From Macrostomum lignano (lineage: Eukaryota): 64,000 bases of DNA. This document shows positions 35,081 to 47,200 of this stretch, in pieces. Numbering within the stretch: position 1 is the first letter of the stretch; each line of letters opens with the position of its first letter. A model generated the notes under the pieces. That model did not search any database and was not told the origin of the DNA. It worked only from the letters and a program-made list of their open reading frames with translations. The stretch is from assembly GCA_002269645.1 (NCBI GenBank), contig NIVC01001416.1:1-64000 (forward strand), written 5' to 3'. Position numbers and translations under genes: made by a program.

Positions 35081-35722
35081 GCAGTCTGTATCAGTTTCAA
35101 TTAAAGTCAACATAGTTTCACAATCTAAATCTAGCTAGTCTCGTGCAATGCTTCCACGCAGAGTTACAATTCAGCTGTGACGCAATCTATTTCAGAATCA
35201 GCATTCAACCAGTCAGTTTTTTCTCTAGCACTCATACAATGCTTTTCAAGTCGAAAGTTCTGCTTGACCTTTACAAAAAGCATGGTTTTCGAAAATTTAA
35301 TGCCTTTAGCATCGAGCAATTTCTTAGGCAAGATGCATGTACCGAGACGCGGAAATTTCTTCCATTGGCTTCATGTAAAATAGCCGTATTGTCGTCGTTT
35401 AAGTGAACGCGTTGTCCGATTTTTTTTCAAATTTGCACCATTCGATCAGAAATTTTCGCGTCTCGGTACATGCATCTTGCCTAAGAAATTGCTCGATGCT
35501 AAAGGCATTAAATATTCGAAAAACATGCTTTTTTGTAAAGGTCAAGCAGAACTTTCGACGTGAAAAGCATTGTATGAATGCTAGAGAGAAAACTGACTGG
35601 TTGAATACTGAAATAGATTGCGTCACAGCTGAATTGTAATTCTGCGTGGAAGCATTGCACGAGACTAGCTAGATTTAGATTGCGTAACTATGTTGACTTT
35701 AATTGAAACTGATACAGACTGC
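35081..35722. mobile_element. Foldback MITE, ~275-bp TIRs and ~90-bp spacer; second copy in the opposite orientation at 49287-49930
   Basis: gcagtctgtatcagtttcaattaaagtcaac ... gttgactttaattgaaactgatacagactgc; no TSD recognised. Confidence 0.8.
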
Positions 35723-35984
35723 CCGAGAAATTGATTATGTAATAACTGCTATGCTTGGAGCATTAAAAGTTTGAAATTTATATATAAGTTATAAAATTCA
35801 TGTTACCATAACGATGCGAGCTAGCTTACATGTGAACAGACTGAACTGCAAATGCAGCGACGTGGGTTCGAAATTTTAGAGTCTAGAGATTTTTATTAAA
35901 TTTTTTAACGTCAAGAAATCTAAAGAAACTTTAAAAAGCGCCGGATTAAAAACAAGAAGCGTCATGTAATTCATAAAAATAATC

Positions 35985-38297
35985 TCAAAGCAGATCTTCA
36001 ATAATCTCATAGTAGCTCTCCAATAATCTCATAGCAGCTCTCAAACAGTCTCATAGCAGCTTTGCAATAATCTCATAGCATCTTTTTAACAATCTCATAA
36101 CAGCTCTTCAATAATCTCATAGCAGCTTTGCAATAATCTCATAAAAGCTCTTCAATAATTTCATAGCAGCGCTTCAATAATCTCATAGCAGCTCTTAAAT
36201 AATCCCATAGCAGCTTTGAAATATTCTCATAGCAGTTCTTCAATAATCTCACAGCCGCTTTGCAATAATCTCATATCAGCTTTGCAATATTCTTATAGCA
36301 GCTTTGCAAAAATCTCATAGCAGCTCTTCCATAATCTCATAGCAGCTCTTCAATAATCCCATAGCAGCTTTTAAGTATTCTTACAGCAGCTCTTCAATAA
36401 TCTCATAGTAGCTCTCAAATAATCTCATTGTAGCTCTTTAATAATCTCATTGTAGCTCTTTAATAATCTCATAGCAGCTCTCCAATAATCTCATAGAAGC
36501 TCTTCAAAAATCTCATAGCAGCTGTCAAACAGTCTCATAGCAGCTTTGCAATAATCTCATAGCAGCTTAGTAATATTCTTATAGCAGCTTTGCAATAATC
36601 TCATAGCAGCTCTTCCATAATCTCATAGCAGCTTTGCAATATTCTCATAGCAGTTCTTCAATAATCTCACAGCCGCTTTGCAATAATCTCATAGCAGCTT
36701 TGCAATAATCTCATAGCATCTTTTTAACAATCTCATAACAGCTCTTCAATAATCTCATAGCAGCTTTGCAATAATCTCATAAAAGCTCTTCAATAATCTC
36801 ATAGCAGCGCTTCAATAATCTCATAGCAGCTCTTAAATAATCCCAAAGCAGCTTTGAAATATTCTCATAGCAGTTCTTCAATAATCTCACAGCCGCTTTG
36901 CAATAATCTCATATCAGCTTTGCAATATTCTTATAGCAGCTTTGCAAAAATCTCATAGCAGCTCTTCCATAATCCCATAGCAGCTTTTAAGTATTCTTAC
37001 AGCAGCTCTTCAATAATCTCATAGCAGCTCTTCCATAATCCCATAGCAGCTTTGAAATATTCTCATAGCAGTTCTTCAATAATCTCACAGCCGCTTTGCA
37101 ATAATCGCATATCAGCTTTGCAATATTCTTATAGCAGCTTTGCAAAAATCTCATAGCAGCTCTTCCATAATCCCATAGCAGCTTTTAAGTATTCTTACAG
37201 CAGCTCTTCAATAATCTCATAGTAGCTCTCAAATAATCTCATTGTAGCTCTTTAATAATCTCATAGCAGCTCTCCAATAATCTCATAGAAGCTCTTCAAA
37301 AATCTCATAGCAGCTGTCAAACAGTCTCATAGCAGCTTTGCAATAATCTCATAGCAGCTTAGCAATATTCTTATAGCAGCTTTGCAATAATCTGATAGCA
37401 GCTCTTCAATAAGCTCATAGCAGCTCTTCAATAATCCCATAGCAGCTCTTAAATAATCTTATAGCGGCTTTGCAATAATTTCATAGCAGCTCTTCCATAA
37501 TCTCATAGCAATAATCTCATAGCAGCTTTGCAATAATCTGATAGCAGCTTTGCAATAATCTGATAGCAGCTTTACAATAATCTCATAGCAGCTTTGAAAT
37601 ATTCTTATAGCAGCTCTTCAAAAATCTCAATGCAGCTTTGCAATAATCTCATAGAAGCTCTTCAATAATCTCATAGCAGCTCTTCAATAATCTCATAGTA
37701 GCTCTCAAATAATCTCATAGCAGCTTTGAAATATTATCATAGCAGCTCTTCAATAATCTCATAGCAGCTCTTCAATAATCTCATAGCAGCTCTTCAATAA
37801 TCTCAATGCAGCTCTTCAATAATCTCATAGCAGCTTTGCAATATTCTCATAGCAGCTCTTCAATAGCCTCATAGTAGCTCTTAAAAATCTCATAGCAGCT
37901 CTTCAATAATCTCATAGCAGCTTTGAAATAATCTAATAGCATCTTTGCAATATTCTCATAGCAGCTCTTCAGTAGTCTCATAGTAGCTCTTAAAAATCTC
38001 ATAGCAGCTTTCAAATAATCTCATAGTAGCTCTTTAAAATCTCATAGTAGCTTTCAAATAATCTCATAGTAGTTCTTTAAAATCTCATAGTAGCTTTCAA
38101 ATAATCTCATAGTAGCTCTTTAAAATCTCATAGTAGCTTTCAAATAATCTCATAGTAGCTCTTTAAAATCTCATAGTAGCTTTCAAATAATCTCATAGTA
38201 GCTCTCAAATAATTTCATAGCAGCTCTTCCATAATCTCATAGCAATAATCTCATAGCAGCTCTGCAATAATGTCACAACAGCTTTGCAATAATCTCT
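35985..38297. repeat. 22-bp satellite (caataatctcatagcagctctt/ttg), ~100 units with recurring higher-order blocks
   Basis: Direct reading; diagnostic variant units recur (gcatcttttt at ~36078 and ~36716; cagctgtcaaacagtctc at ~36518 and ~37311). Confidence 0.97.
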
Positions 38298-38680
38298 TGG
38301 GGGAATTACTGAGATGTCAAGTCTTGAGGGATTGCTGAGATGTATAGGCTTGGGGGAATTACTGAGATGTCAAGTCTTGGGGGATTGCTGAGATGTCTAA
38401 GCTTGGGGGAATTACTGAGATGTCAAGTCTTGAAGGATTGCTGAGATGTATAGGCTTGGGGGAATTACTGAGATGTCAAGTCTTGGGGGATTGCTGAGAT
38501 GTCTAAGCTTGGGGGAATTACTGAGATGTCAAGTCTTGGGGGATTGCTGAGATGTCTAGGCTTGGGGGAATTACTGAGATGTCAAGTCTTGGGGGATTGC
38601 TGAGATGTCTAGGCTTGGGGGAATTACTGAGATGTCAAGTCTTGAGGGATTGCTGAGATGTATAGGCTTGGGGGAATGGC
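38298..38680. repeat. 53-bp (27+26) dimeric repeat; related units at 33640-33800, 34330-34530 and 48120-48440
   Basis: gggggaattactgagatgtcaagtctt + gagggattgctgagatgtataggctt. Confidence 0.9.
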
Positions 38681-38789
38681 AGAAATGTCAAGGGAAGATC
38701 ATGATTTATTGAAGGATTTGCATGATTTGTCTAGGCAATTTATTCACTGCATAGAATGTGTTTAGCTTCAAGCCCTATTCTACATCTGC

Positions 38790-39040
38790 TTGGTCGGGGA
38801 TTCGATCCCACTGGAACAATTTGTGTCCTTGAGCAAGACACTTAACTCTGCATTGCTTCAGTTCAGCCAGCTGTAAAATGGGTGCCAGCATTAGCTGGGG
38901 TAACTGAGTTTGTGTGTGGCGACCCCCCCCCCCCCGACCTTGGACTGAACAGTCGTACGCAGCCTTCAGATGCGCTGCGCAATAGCTGCGGCTGAGCTGT
39001 CGGTTGCACGTCTGCCCATTATGGCACGTTTATGAAAAAA
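38790..39040 (+). mobile_element. CORE-type SINE, most complete 3' end in the window
   Basis: ggattcgatccc...tgtgtccttgagcaagacacttaactctgcattgcttcagttcagccagctgtaaaatgggt...ccttggactgaacagtcgtacgcagccttcag, ending at an A-run. Confidence 0.75.
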
Positions 39041-40067
39041 GTACATGGTATAGTTCAAATATTTTGTTACGCATTTGTAGTTAAGTGTTTTGTCACAGCT
39101 CGTAGGTAAATATATTAGTACTAAATATAAGGTAAGAATAAGGTAACTTAATAACGTAAGGTACTAAATATAAGGTAAAAACTTTGTGGGTAATTAACGG
39201 GTTTTACATCAAGGATTACAAGGAACCAGGAACACATCCCGCGCGCCTTGTTCTGAGAATGTGTAACCAAATTCATTGACAATAATTTCCCCTAGAAAAC
39301 TGTAGTTTGTTTCCTTCTGGTGGCCACGTTACTTTTAAACTTCATTATTTAGTGCATGCAGTCTCTATTGTAGCTATAGGAAACTCGTTCCAACTTGGTT
39401 TGAAATGCCACATTTTAGGAATTGTTTAACCAAACTACAGTGTACTCGTAAGAGCGTATAGCCAATTTTTCGTGATAGTCTCTATATATTTGAAAGCAAA
39501 AAGGTAACTATTCTTATAAATAGTAGAGTCACTACTGTCTAGAGTTGAAGGTGAAATAGTAACCGTATTAAAAAATAGCGTTTTCTGGTTGTTAAACATA
39601 TCTCAGTCGCGAGTTGGGCAAACTTTTTTACCACAAGGGCCAGATAAAGAATCCAGCTCCGGGCTGATTAAAAGCAGATTAAAAGAGAAAAGAGGAGAGA
39701 TGGGAGGAAGAATGGGGAGAGAGGATGGGGAGAGAGGAGAGGGAAGAGAGGAGAAGAGAGAGGGGATAGGGGGGAGGAGAGAAAAGAGAGAGGAGAGCTG
39801 AGAAGAGAAACAAGCTTTGAGCGGGCCGGATTGCTATTGTGAAGTTTCAAAGTAACCGACTGTCGGATAGAGAGGCTTCGGGGGCCGCATGTGGCCCGTG
39901 GGCCGGAGATTGCTGACCCCTGTCTTAAAATAATAATTATGGCGCGATCTATCATAGACTGGGAAAAGTAATTCTACTGCAGATGTCAGAGTTTCAAATT
40001 TTCAATTTAGATTTTGCAGTTTATATACGCGATTTTGCGACTAAAATGTAATGTGGCTTTACGAAAG

Positions 40068-42978
40068 CTACCAGAAACCGTACGAATAATAACACCTGTA
40101 GTCAGTGACAGCTGCCGTATTGTAATCTTCATCATCTTCGCATCTGCATGTCTTGAATTTGGCTCTCTTGGAATTGCAATGCCGCCAAGACTGCCAGCTG
40201 CTCCAGTCACTCCAGCGGCACGAGGGACCGGCTTCTCTTTGCCACCAGTCTCGTGAACAGCTGTTTGACGAGCTCCTGATGCAGTCGTTGTAGGTGCGAG
40301 TCCTACTTCGCACAATTTTATAATTATATCTGCAGTCCTTGTACCAGTTGCCCCAGTTGCCCCAGTCACACCAGGCAGTGTAGGCAGTGTCCGACTCGCT
40401 GCTCACCTCCGGGCCAGCCGACGCGCTGATTGGAGTGGAGCAGCCGCATTTTCGGACTCTCCTGCGAGTGAACTGCCTGTTGCATCCGGGATCGTAGTTG
40501 TTCGCGTAGTACGAAGACTTCCTATAGCCTTTGTCACTCGTCCACTCGTTCCAGCCTTGCCAGTTGCACCAGTTCCAAGTCTTCGGGGAATAAGGACAAT
40601 TAACAATATTGGCTTTATCCTACTGAAAGTAGCCCTGTTGCATTTTTAAATGAAAATTAAATCCAGCAACACCTTAAAGCTTACCTGGGTGATGTTATCA
40701 ACCGCGGCCGTCTCGATGGTCTCAGGCGGCCTGTCAATCGGGCAGCGGCAGATCCTGGACCGGTGCCTGCTGTTCCAGTTTCTGCAGACCCGGCTGCCTT
40801 CGGACGAGTCGGTGGCCCACTCGGACCACTGGCACCAGCTGATGAAGCTGCCCTGCGTCTGGCTTTTGTCCTTCGCTCCCTGACACCAGCCGCTCACGGA
40901 GGCCCCTTCGTCAGTGGGGCAGGTGCACTGGCGGACGCGGGTTCGATTCACAAGCGCGTTGCAGATGTCGGAATCTCCGGTCGCACCAGAGGCGGTGGCC
41001 CAGTTGGTCCAGGACTGCCAGGTGCAGATGTCTGAGCAGGAGAAGTCGGTGTGCTTTCATGAATCAAAGTATACAGGAAACTGCTCGATTAAAGACCCAC
41101 TCACCGTGGTACAGAGTGACAGAAGACCCACTCGCCGTGGTACAGAGTGACAGAAGACCCACTCACCGTGGTACAGAGTGACAGAAGACCCACTCACCGT
41201 GGTACAGAGTGACAGAAGACCCACTCGCCGTGGTACAGAGTGACAGAAGACCCACTCAATGTGTTACAGAGTGACAGAAGAACCACTCAATGTGTTACAG
41301 AGTGATAGTGTAGAGATCTCCAGAGGCATTACATGCAGACTACTGTAAGTAGTAACATAAAAATGCGAAAAACTTGAATGTTGTAAAAACTGCAAATTGT
41401 CATACTCTATTTTTAAAGACCACGAAAGCAACAAATGACCATCTTTTGCAACACTTAAATTTAGAACTCCGAATATGGTATTGACGCTCAAACCTAATGT
41501 ATTCCATAGGGGCCAAATTTCCAAAGCGCTAAACTGTCACCTACTAAAAATAAGCTGTTTCTCAAGAATTTTTCCTATAAATACAAGCCAAAATCCGAGC
41601 TAAAAATCTCAGACTCGGAGCAGCCTCTAAAGATCTTGGAGCTTGCTGGAACAGCTAAACGAGGCTACATCTCTGAGAGAGAAGTAAACCAATTGGTGAG
41701 CCGTTGCTCGAGCCTTTGTTATTGATTTTGAGAGCGATTTATTGCCGGCCGCTACTGTCCAGTCGATTTGACTGAGTTCATTGAATTTGAGGCCTCCCAT
41801 TTTCCTAAAGGATTGGATAGGATCTGCGGACCGATTCCGATACCCTTAGAGGATTATCGATTGATTGATTTTGGTTATCCTAGATTAACCGATAGGAGCA
41901 CACGACTCCGATTCCGTTAGATCTAGAAGAAGACGCCCCTCTTGGAGGTCCTCGTGATTATTACAGAAAGTTGCTTTTATTATAAGGGCGCATCGTTGAT
42001 ATTGATTACTGAGCTTAAGGCCTATATTGATTTGCATTCGAGAAATACTGCGACGTCGCCTGATTTGATCGTCACGCTCTCATTCGGCCGATTCGAGTCT
42101 CCAAGAAGATTCCTCCGGAGAAGAAGAAGAAGAAGAAGAATTGAAGAAACGAGCTCAGAGAACCTGCACTACACAGAAGAGGAGCCCGCGACAGTAAGTG
42201 ATCACTTTATTTTGTTTCCAGGCTTAGGGTCTGGAAGTGGGAGTTTTCGGGAGACTGATCACCTCCCGAATCAACTCTTCAATAGAAGACCCACTCACTG
42301 TGTTACAGAGTGACAGAAGAACCACTCACCGTGGTACAGAGTGATAGAAGACCCACTCACCGTGGTACAGAGTGACAGAAGACCCACTCACTGTGTTACA
42401 GAGTGACAGAAGAACCACTCACTGTGGTACAGAGTGACAGAAGAACCACTCACCGTGGTACAGAGTGATAGAAGACCCACTCACCGTGGTACAGAGTGAT
42501 AGAAGACCCACTCACCGTGGTACAGAGTGACAGAAGACCCACTCACCATGGTACAGAGTGACAGAAGACCCACTCACCGTGGTACAGAGTGACAGAAGAC
42601 CCACTCACCGTGGTACAGCTTGACGAAGGCGGCTTCCCCAGCCGTGCCGTTGCCAGTCCAGTAGGTCTCGAACTGTCCCTGGTCAGCCAGGTGGCACAGG
42701 CCCGCACTGGCATTGAAGTAGTACGCGTGGCAGAAAGCCCACGCCCTGCACTTGGTCGCGCACTGGAGACTCCCCAGCAAGCTGGCGTTCATCCCCACCG
42801 GACCCACCAGCTTGATGGAGCCCGGACTCAGCGCCACGGCTGAGACCGCGGACTCGTTGGGGCCGCCGATTCCCGGTGGCAGACGATCAGACGCGTTGAA
42901 GTTGAACTCCCTGACTGTGGAAGCGTCGGTCAGCCGTGCCGCAGTCAGGAGTACTAAGGTCGCCACCGAGAGGCCCAT
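40068..42978 (-). CDS. Secreted PAN/apple + five TSP1-like (WxxWxxW) repeat protein, copy 2, intact, 409 aa; exons 42978-42609, 41031-40685, 40580-40068
   Basis: Signal peptide MGLSVATLVLLTAARLTDA; PAN-like QCATKCRAWAFCHAYYFNASAGLCHL; modules WQSWTNW..RTRVRQC, WCQWSEW..RHRSRIC, WCNWQGWNEW..RRRVRKC, WCDWGNWGNW..RSRTRT and WSDWSSWQSW..KFKTC. GT-AG junctions have phases 1 and 0, and exon lengths 370+347+513 keep the frame. Confidence 0.88.
41094..42617 (-). repeat. 31-bp splice-donor minisatellite of copy 2 (~7 + ~11 units), split by a solo LTR
   Basis: Units at 41094-41308 and 42282-42617. Confidence 0.93.
41309..42281 (+). mobile_element. Solo LTR, 973 bp, Gypsy-like (4-bp TSD ATAG)
   Basis: TGTAGAG ... 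CTCTTCA termini (6/7 inverted); atag at 41305-08 and 42282-85; TATAAATA at ~41576; absent from the other two arrays. Confidence 0.85.
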
Positions 42979-43547
42979 CAGGCTGTGCTTGCTGAAGTTG
43001 CCGATTGCTGTGTTGCTGAGTGACAAAACTTTTCTCTTCTGCTTCTGGCCCGTCTCCCGCCCCGGGCTCAGCTGTTTTATGCACCGGCTTGATGCGTCTC
43101 TTTGTTTTGTTGGTTGCCATGGAAACAGCGCTTTTGGGCGATTCCGTGGGCGGCTACGGAGGTGGGAGAAGCTGAATAAAAATTGCACAGGAATTCAGAC
43201 GCTGTCAATGCGGAATGACTCCGAGAAGCCAGCATCCGTTATTTTCTGATCGCAAATAGGGAAAAAATCCGCGAATCCATTCCAGACCATGTTTCCCATC
43301 AGGCATTCGACAAAATTTAGTCAGTTTTACCTGTTGCAGATCCGGGTTGCTGAAAAAACAGTACAGAATAAATTAGCACTCACCAAATAACGATTTATCC
43401 TGTCATCCCAGCTGGATCGCGTGTAAGCCTAGGTTCGGGAAAAATGTTCTAAAGATTCGTGCAGGTATTGTTACATGTGCATGCGGATTGAAACAAAAAA
43501 TATGAGTATAAAAAACTAAATAACTTTTAGAGCGTCCGACTCACGAC

Positions 43548-44240
43548 TTGAAGGTCGGAGGCTCGATTCCCGACTTTACTGGAACAATATGTGTCCTTGA
43601 GCAAGAGACACTGCGTTTTTACAACTGCGCTGAGGCTTTAGGAGATGGGCCTCTGGCAAAGATGGAGCCCTTTCTGCACAGCGTAAAGCATCTGTGCAAT
43701 TACATGCCACGGCAGCGACTGTCGGTTGATGAGACACTCGTTTTGTACAAGGGCAGAGTTGCTTTTAAACAGTACATTCCAACAAAGAAAAGTAAATATG
43801 GAATTAAAATGTCTTGTATCTGTGAGAGTGAGAGTGCGTACTTATGGAACTTCATCGTCCACACATTCCCTGAGGTCAATAATCAGTTCGGTGAAGGCCT
43901 CGGGTGTCAGGACTTGACGATGAGTGCGAAGGTTGTTGCAGAACTGTGCCGCGGTTTGCTGTATCTTGGACACCACGTCTTCACCGACCGTTGGTTTACG
44001 TCTCAGCGGCTGGCTACTTGGCTGCTGCAGCATGATACACTGCTAACCGGGATAGTACGGAAAACCGCGGTATCCCAGCTGAACTGCAAGCTGCCAACCT
44101 ACATCCGACTTCACCTGGTTACAGATAGTCCAGAAATTGTCCTGGTTACAGAAACTACTAATATGGGACGTAGGAATCAGAAAACAGTAGAAGAGGGTAG
44201 GGTCATGAGCACAGGGGTAGAGGTGAGGGAATTACAATAG
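43548..44240 (+). pseudogene. piggyBac transposase core fragment fused in frame to a SINE remnant
   Basis: LSVDETLVLYKGR..QYIPTKKSKYGIK (first catalytic D) and HVFTDRWFTS (second D); the N-terminal ~20 codons come from the SINE (43529-43610); the third D region is missing; element end gaacggg at 44776. Confidence 0.88.
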
Positions 44241-47200
44241 GAAGGGGCGGATTCGCAGAGTGATAACCGCAGGCGCAGAGACGGGGCGGCAGGGAGTGTT
44301 AGTGTTAGAGATGGCGAGGATTCGCAATCAATCCAGGGACCCGGTCTCTCAGCTCCTAGACCTCAGTCCTAGCACCAACGCCCCTCGAAATAAAATAATA
44401 TATTTGTTGCATTATCGTGGATAGAAATTACATTATTCCGTACTTAATTTGGAGTTATAATAAATTTATATGCTTTTTGTTTTTAGATTATCCGTTTCTT
44501 TCTAGTTTTCTAAAAGCTTTCTAAAATCAACTCCACAGAAAATGACGTGACAGCGTGACAATTGTGACAGCTTCCCTCCAGTTTTGACCAGTAAAGAAAT
44601 GACCCCACTTCACTATGTTCTAATATAACTTAAGTCGTTAACTTTTAAACAGAAGAAAAATATATGAATATTTGAAATTACTTTGTTTTGTTACAGTCTA
44701 TCTTTTCTAAGTGCGTTTTCACCATCTTATTGGCCACTACTTGACCCGGTTTCGGGCCACATAAGTCCAGAACGGGTGTGCCAATTTTGCTGGTTTTTTG
44801 GCCATAGATATAACAAAAATTCCCCGTTGGGTTTGGGTGTTGAGGCATAACCCGAATTCGGGCCATCCGTCTGCTCATGGTTAACAAAGGCAACGCATCT
44901 GAACAATTGAACAATTTTTTCTCAGCAAAAGTCAGCAGAGCGAGGCCCCAGCAGTTTTTTCCGAGGACTAGCGACACGTATGTTAGCATGGAGCGGAGAC
45001 TGAGAGAGGTTCAGTTCTCCCTGCAACTTTTCTTGTTGAAGCTTGTGCAGCAACTCATTAGACAAGCTGTGTGTATAGCTAAGCTACAGGAGCATTTTGG
45101 GCCTAGGAGCAGGGCCTCTTTGAATTACCTGCTGAAGCTTATTATTATATACTGAGGAAATTTGTCACGATACTGTGTTAAACAAGAAATCTTTCTTCGG
45201 TTTACCTGAGTTTGTATGCCAGCTACTAAACCTATTAGACTAAAGTTTTTGGAAGGTTCTATATATTCAAAGTTACCACCCCAGGCCCAGTCTTAAGAAC
45301 ATAATTCTTGTAGTTATAGTATTCGTATTTTATTATTAGTTGTCACTAGGTGGCACACAATTCAATGCGTTTACAATTCATCGATCGCATTGATATTTTA
45401 AATGGTACTACATAATGACTGCGCATTGCTGGAACATGCAAGCCTTTTGTTCCACGTAACTATAGTTATTATTATTCCCATTCTAATATATACAAGGCAA
45501 TAGCCACTGCAGCTGCCCTTCCTGGAAACTGTATTACTGTATTAGTCCTAAACGTCAGCTATTTTTCCTGATGTACACCTGGTCTTTAATTCCTTTCGTC
45601 TATGTACACTAATACACTAATGTACACTAATGTACACTAATACACTAATACACTAATGTACACTAATGTACACTAATACACTAATACACTAGTACACTAG
45701 GTACGTCCTCGTACCTACTTACTCTTTCAAAACTTGCAGGACACAACTATACGCGTAGTGTACGTAGTTTACGTACGTGTGACGACTGCATGGCTTCCTC
45801 TGGTCTCTCAAAATGTACATGCCAACAATTCAATTCCTATGGAGAAGTCTAGAAAGCCAGCTGCCAGACCAATAGGGTTAGAATTGGTGACGCACGCATA
45901 GAGAGAACAATTAACATTTTAAAGACTTTTTCACAAGCAGCTCTCCTTATCTGCTTCAACAAAATTTTAAACTACATGCATGCCTGACATCGGCCCCCCT
46001 CTGACGCGAGGTTTAAAAAAGGCTTGTTATAACTGTTGCTTTTCAAATGCAATTGCTTTCCAATCACAATGGACTAAATCTCTAAGGTTTGTCTACAGCC
46101 TGAATGCCTGAACCGATTTTTTTCTAACTTGCTTTATTCAATTGCAAATTCTTGTGAGATTGTGTGGATTTAATTGTATTGAAAAATTCGAATGGGAAGA
46201 TGGCTAAATATTCGAAAAACGAGTTTTCCCAATGCTTTCAATTGGAGGCTAGAAAAGGTCAAAATCTTGACTAACTGAATAGCAATTCCAATTAAGATTG
46301 CGCCACAACTTTTCTCTCTTCATTGTGTAGTAGGCCTCAGTACTGGATGCAGCAAGGGAGAGGAAAATAATGCTCAGTGGCGGCGTGTGTACATTCTGCT
46401 CTGGCTGACTGCATAGACAATTGCTATTTATAGATTTCACTCAATTTTGCATTGGCTCTGCCTGCACAACCTGTGCACACTGAGCAGCCTATCACTGCTA
46501 TGTATTTGACTGCAGTGCCGAAGCATTTATGGCTGATTTTTGCGCCCAGTAGACGGAATAGCCGCAGTGTAGGCACTAGGACTAGGTTTAGGCTAGGCGT
46601 AAGGTCCAAGGTTCGAGTCTGCCTCCTCGGCGGAGGATTAAAATTAAATTAATTTATTCATTTATAGCTTCGGGCTCAACTAATAGGAATATTTTTGTTG
46701 AATTCGCAACGCACACTTAATGAATAATTTTTGCCATACAAAATTATTCAAATTTACTAAGCAAATTTGATTTGTAAAAAACTGCTTTGAGCATTACTCA
46801 TCGCATCAATGGGTATTGCCTAGCTCCATGAAAGTATCAAATTGCTAAGCTGCTAAATTTATTGTTAAAATGAAGGCTGAATTGTGAAAAAACTGCCGAT
46901 ATGTATCGAAAATTGATTAGTGAACCGTAATAAATGCTGAGAAAAAATTAAGATTCTTGAAAGGATCCTTTATTTTTCAGTTTGCTGAGGATACTAAGGA
47001 GACGGCCGAGAGGAGAACTGCAGATGCTGAGGGGAACTGCAGATTGGCGAAAAGGTCATTCATGCAGACTGCAAAGGGGACAAACTGAAAACTGCTGAGG
47101 TAGTTCCTCCAGACTTTTAAGCATATAGCTGAAAACTGCTGAGGGGAGCTGCTTGGAGGATTGGTAGACTTCTGAGCAAGACAACTCTCAGAGAGGATAG

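Noticed and set aside
35985-38297. CRISPR-like array
   Set aside because: Head-to-tail degenerate monomers with no unique spacers, eukaryotic context and no cas genes
40385-40415. Extra intron at the donor-like GAG|GTGAGC (GTAAGC in copy 1) in PAN-TSR exon 3
   Set aside because: The frame stays open straight into the next WxxW module and no suitable acceptor follows
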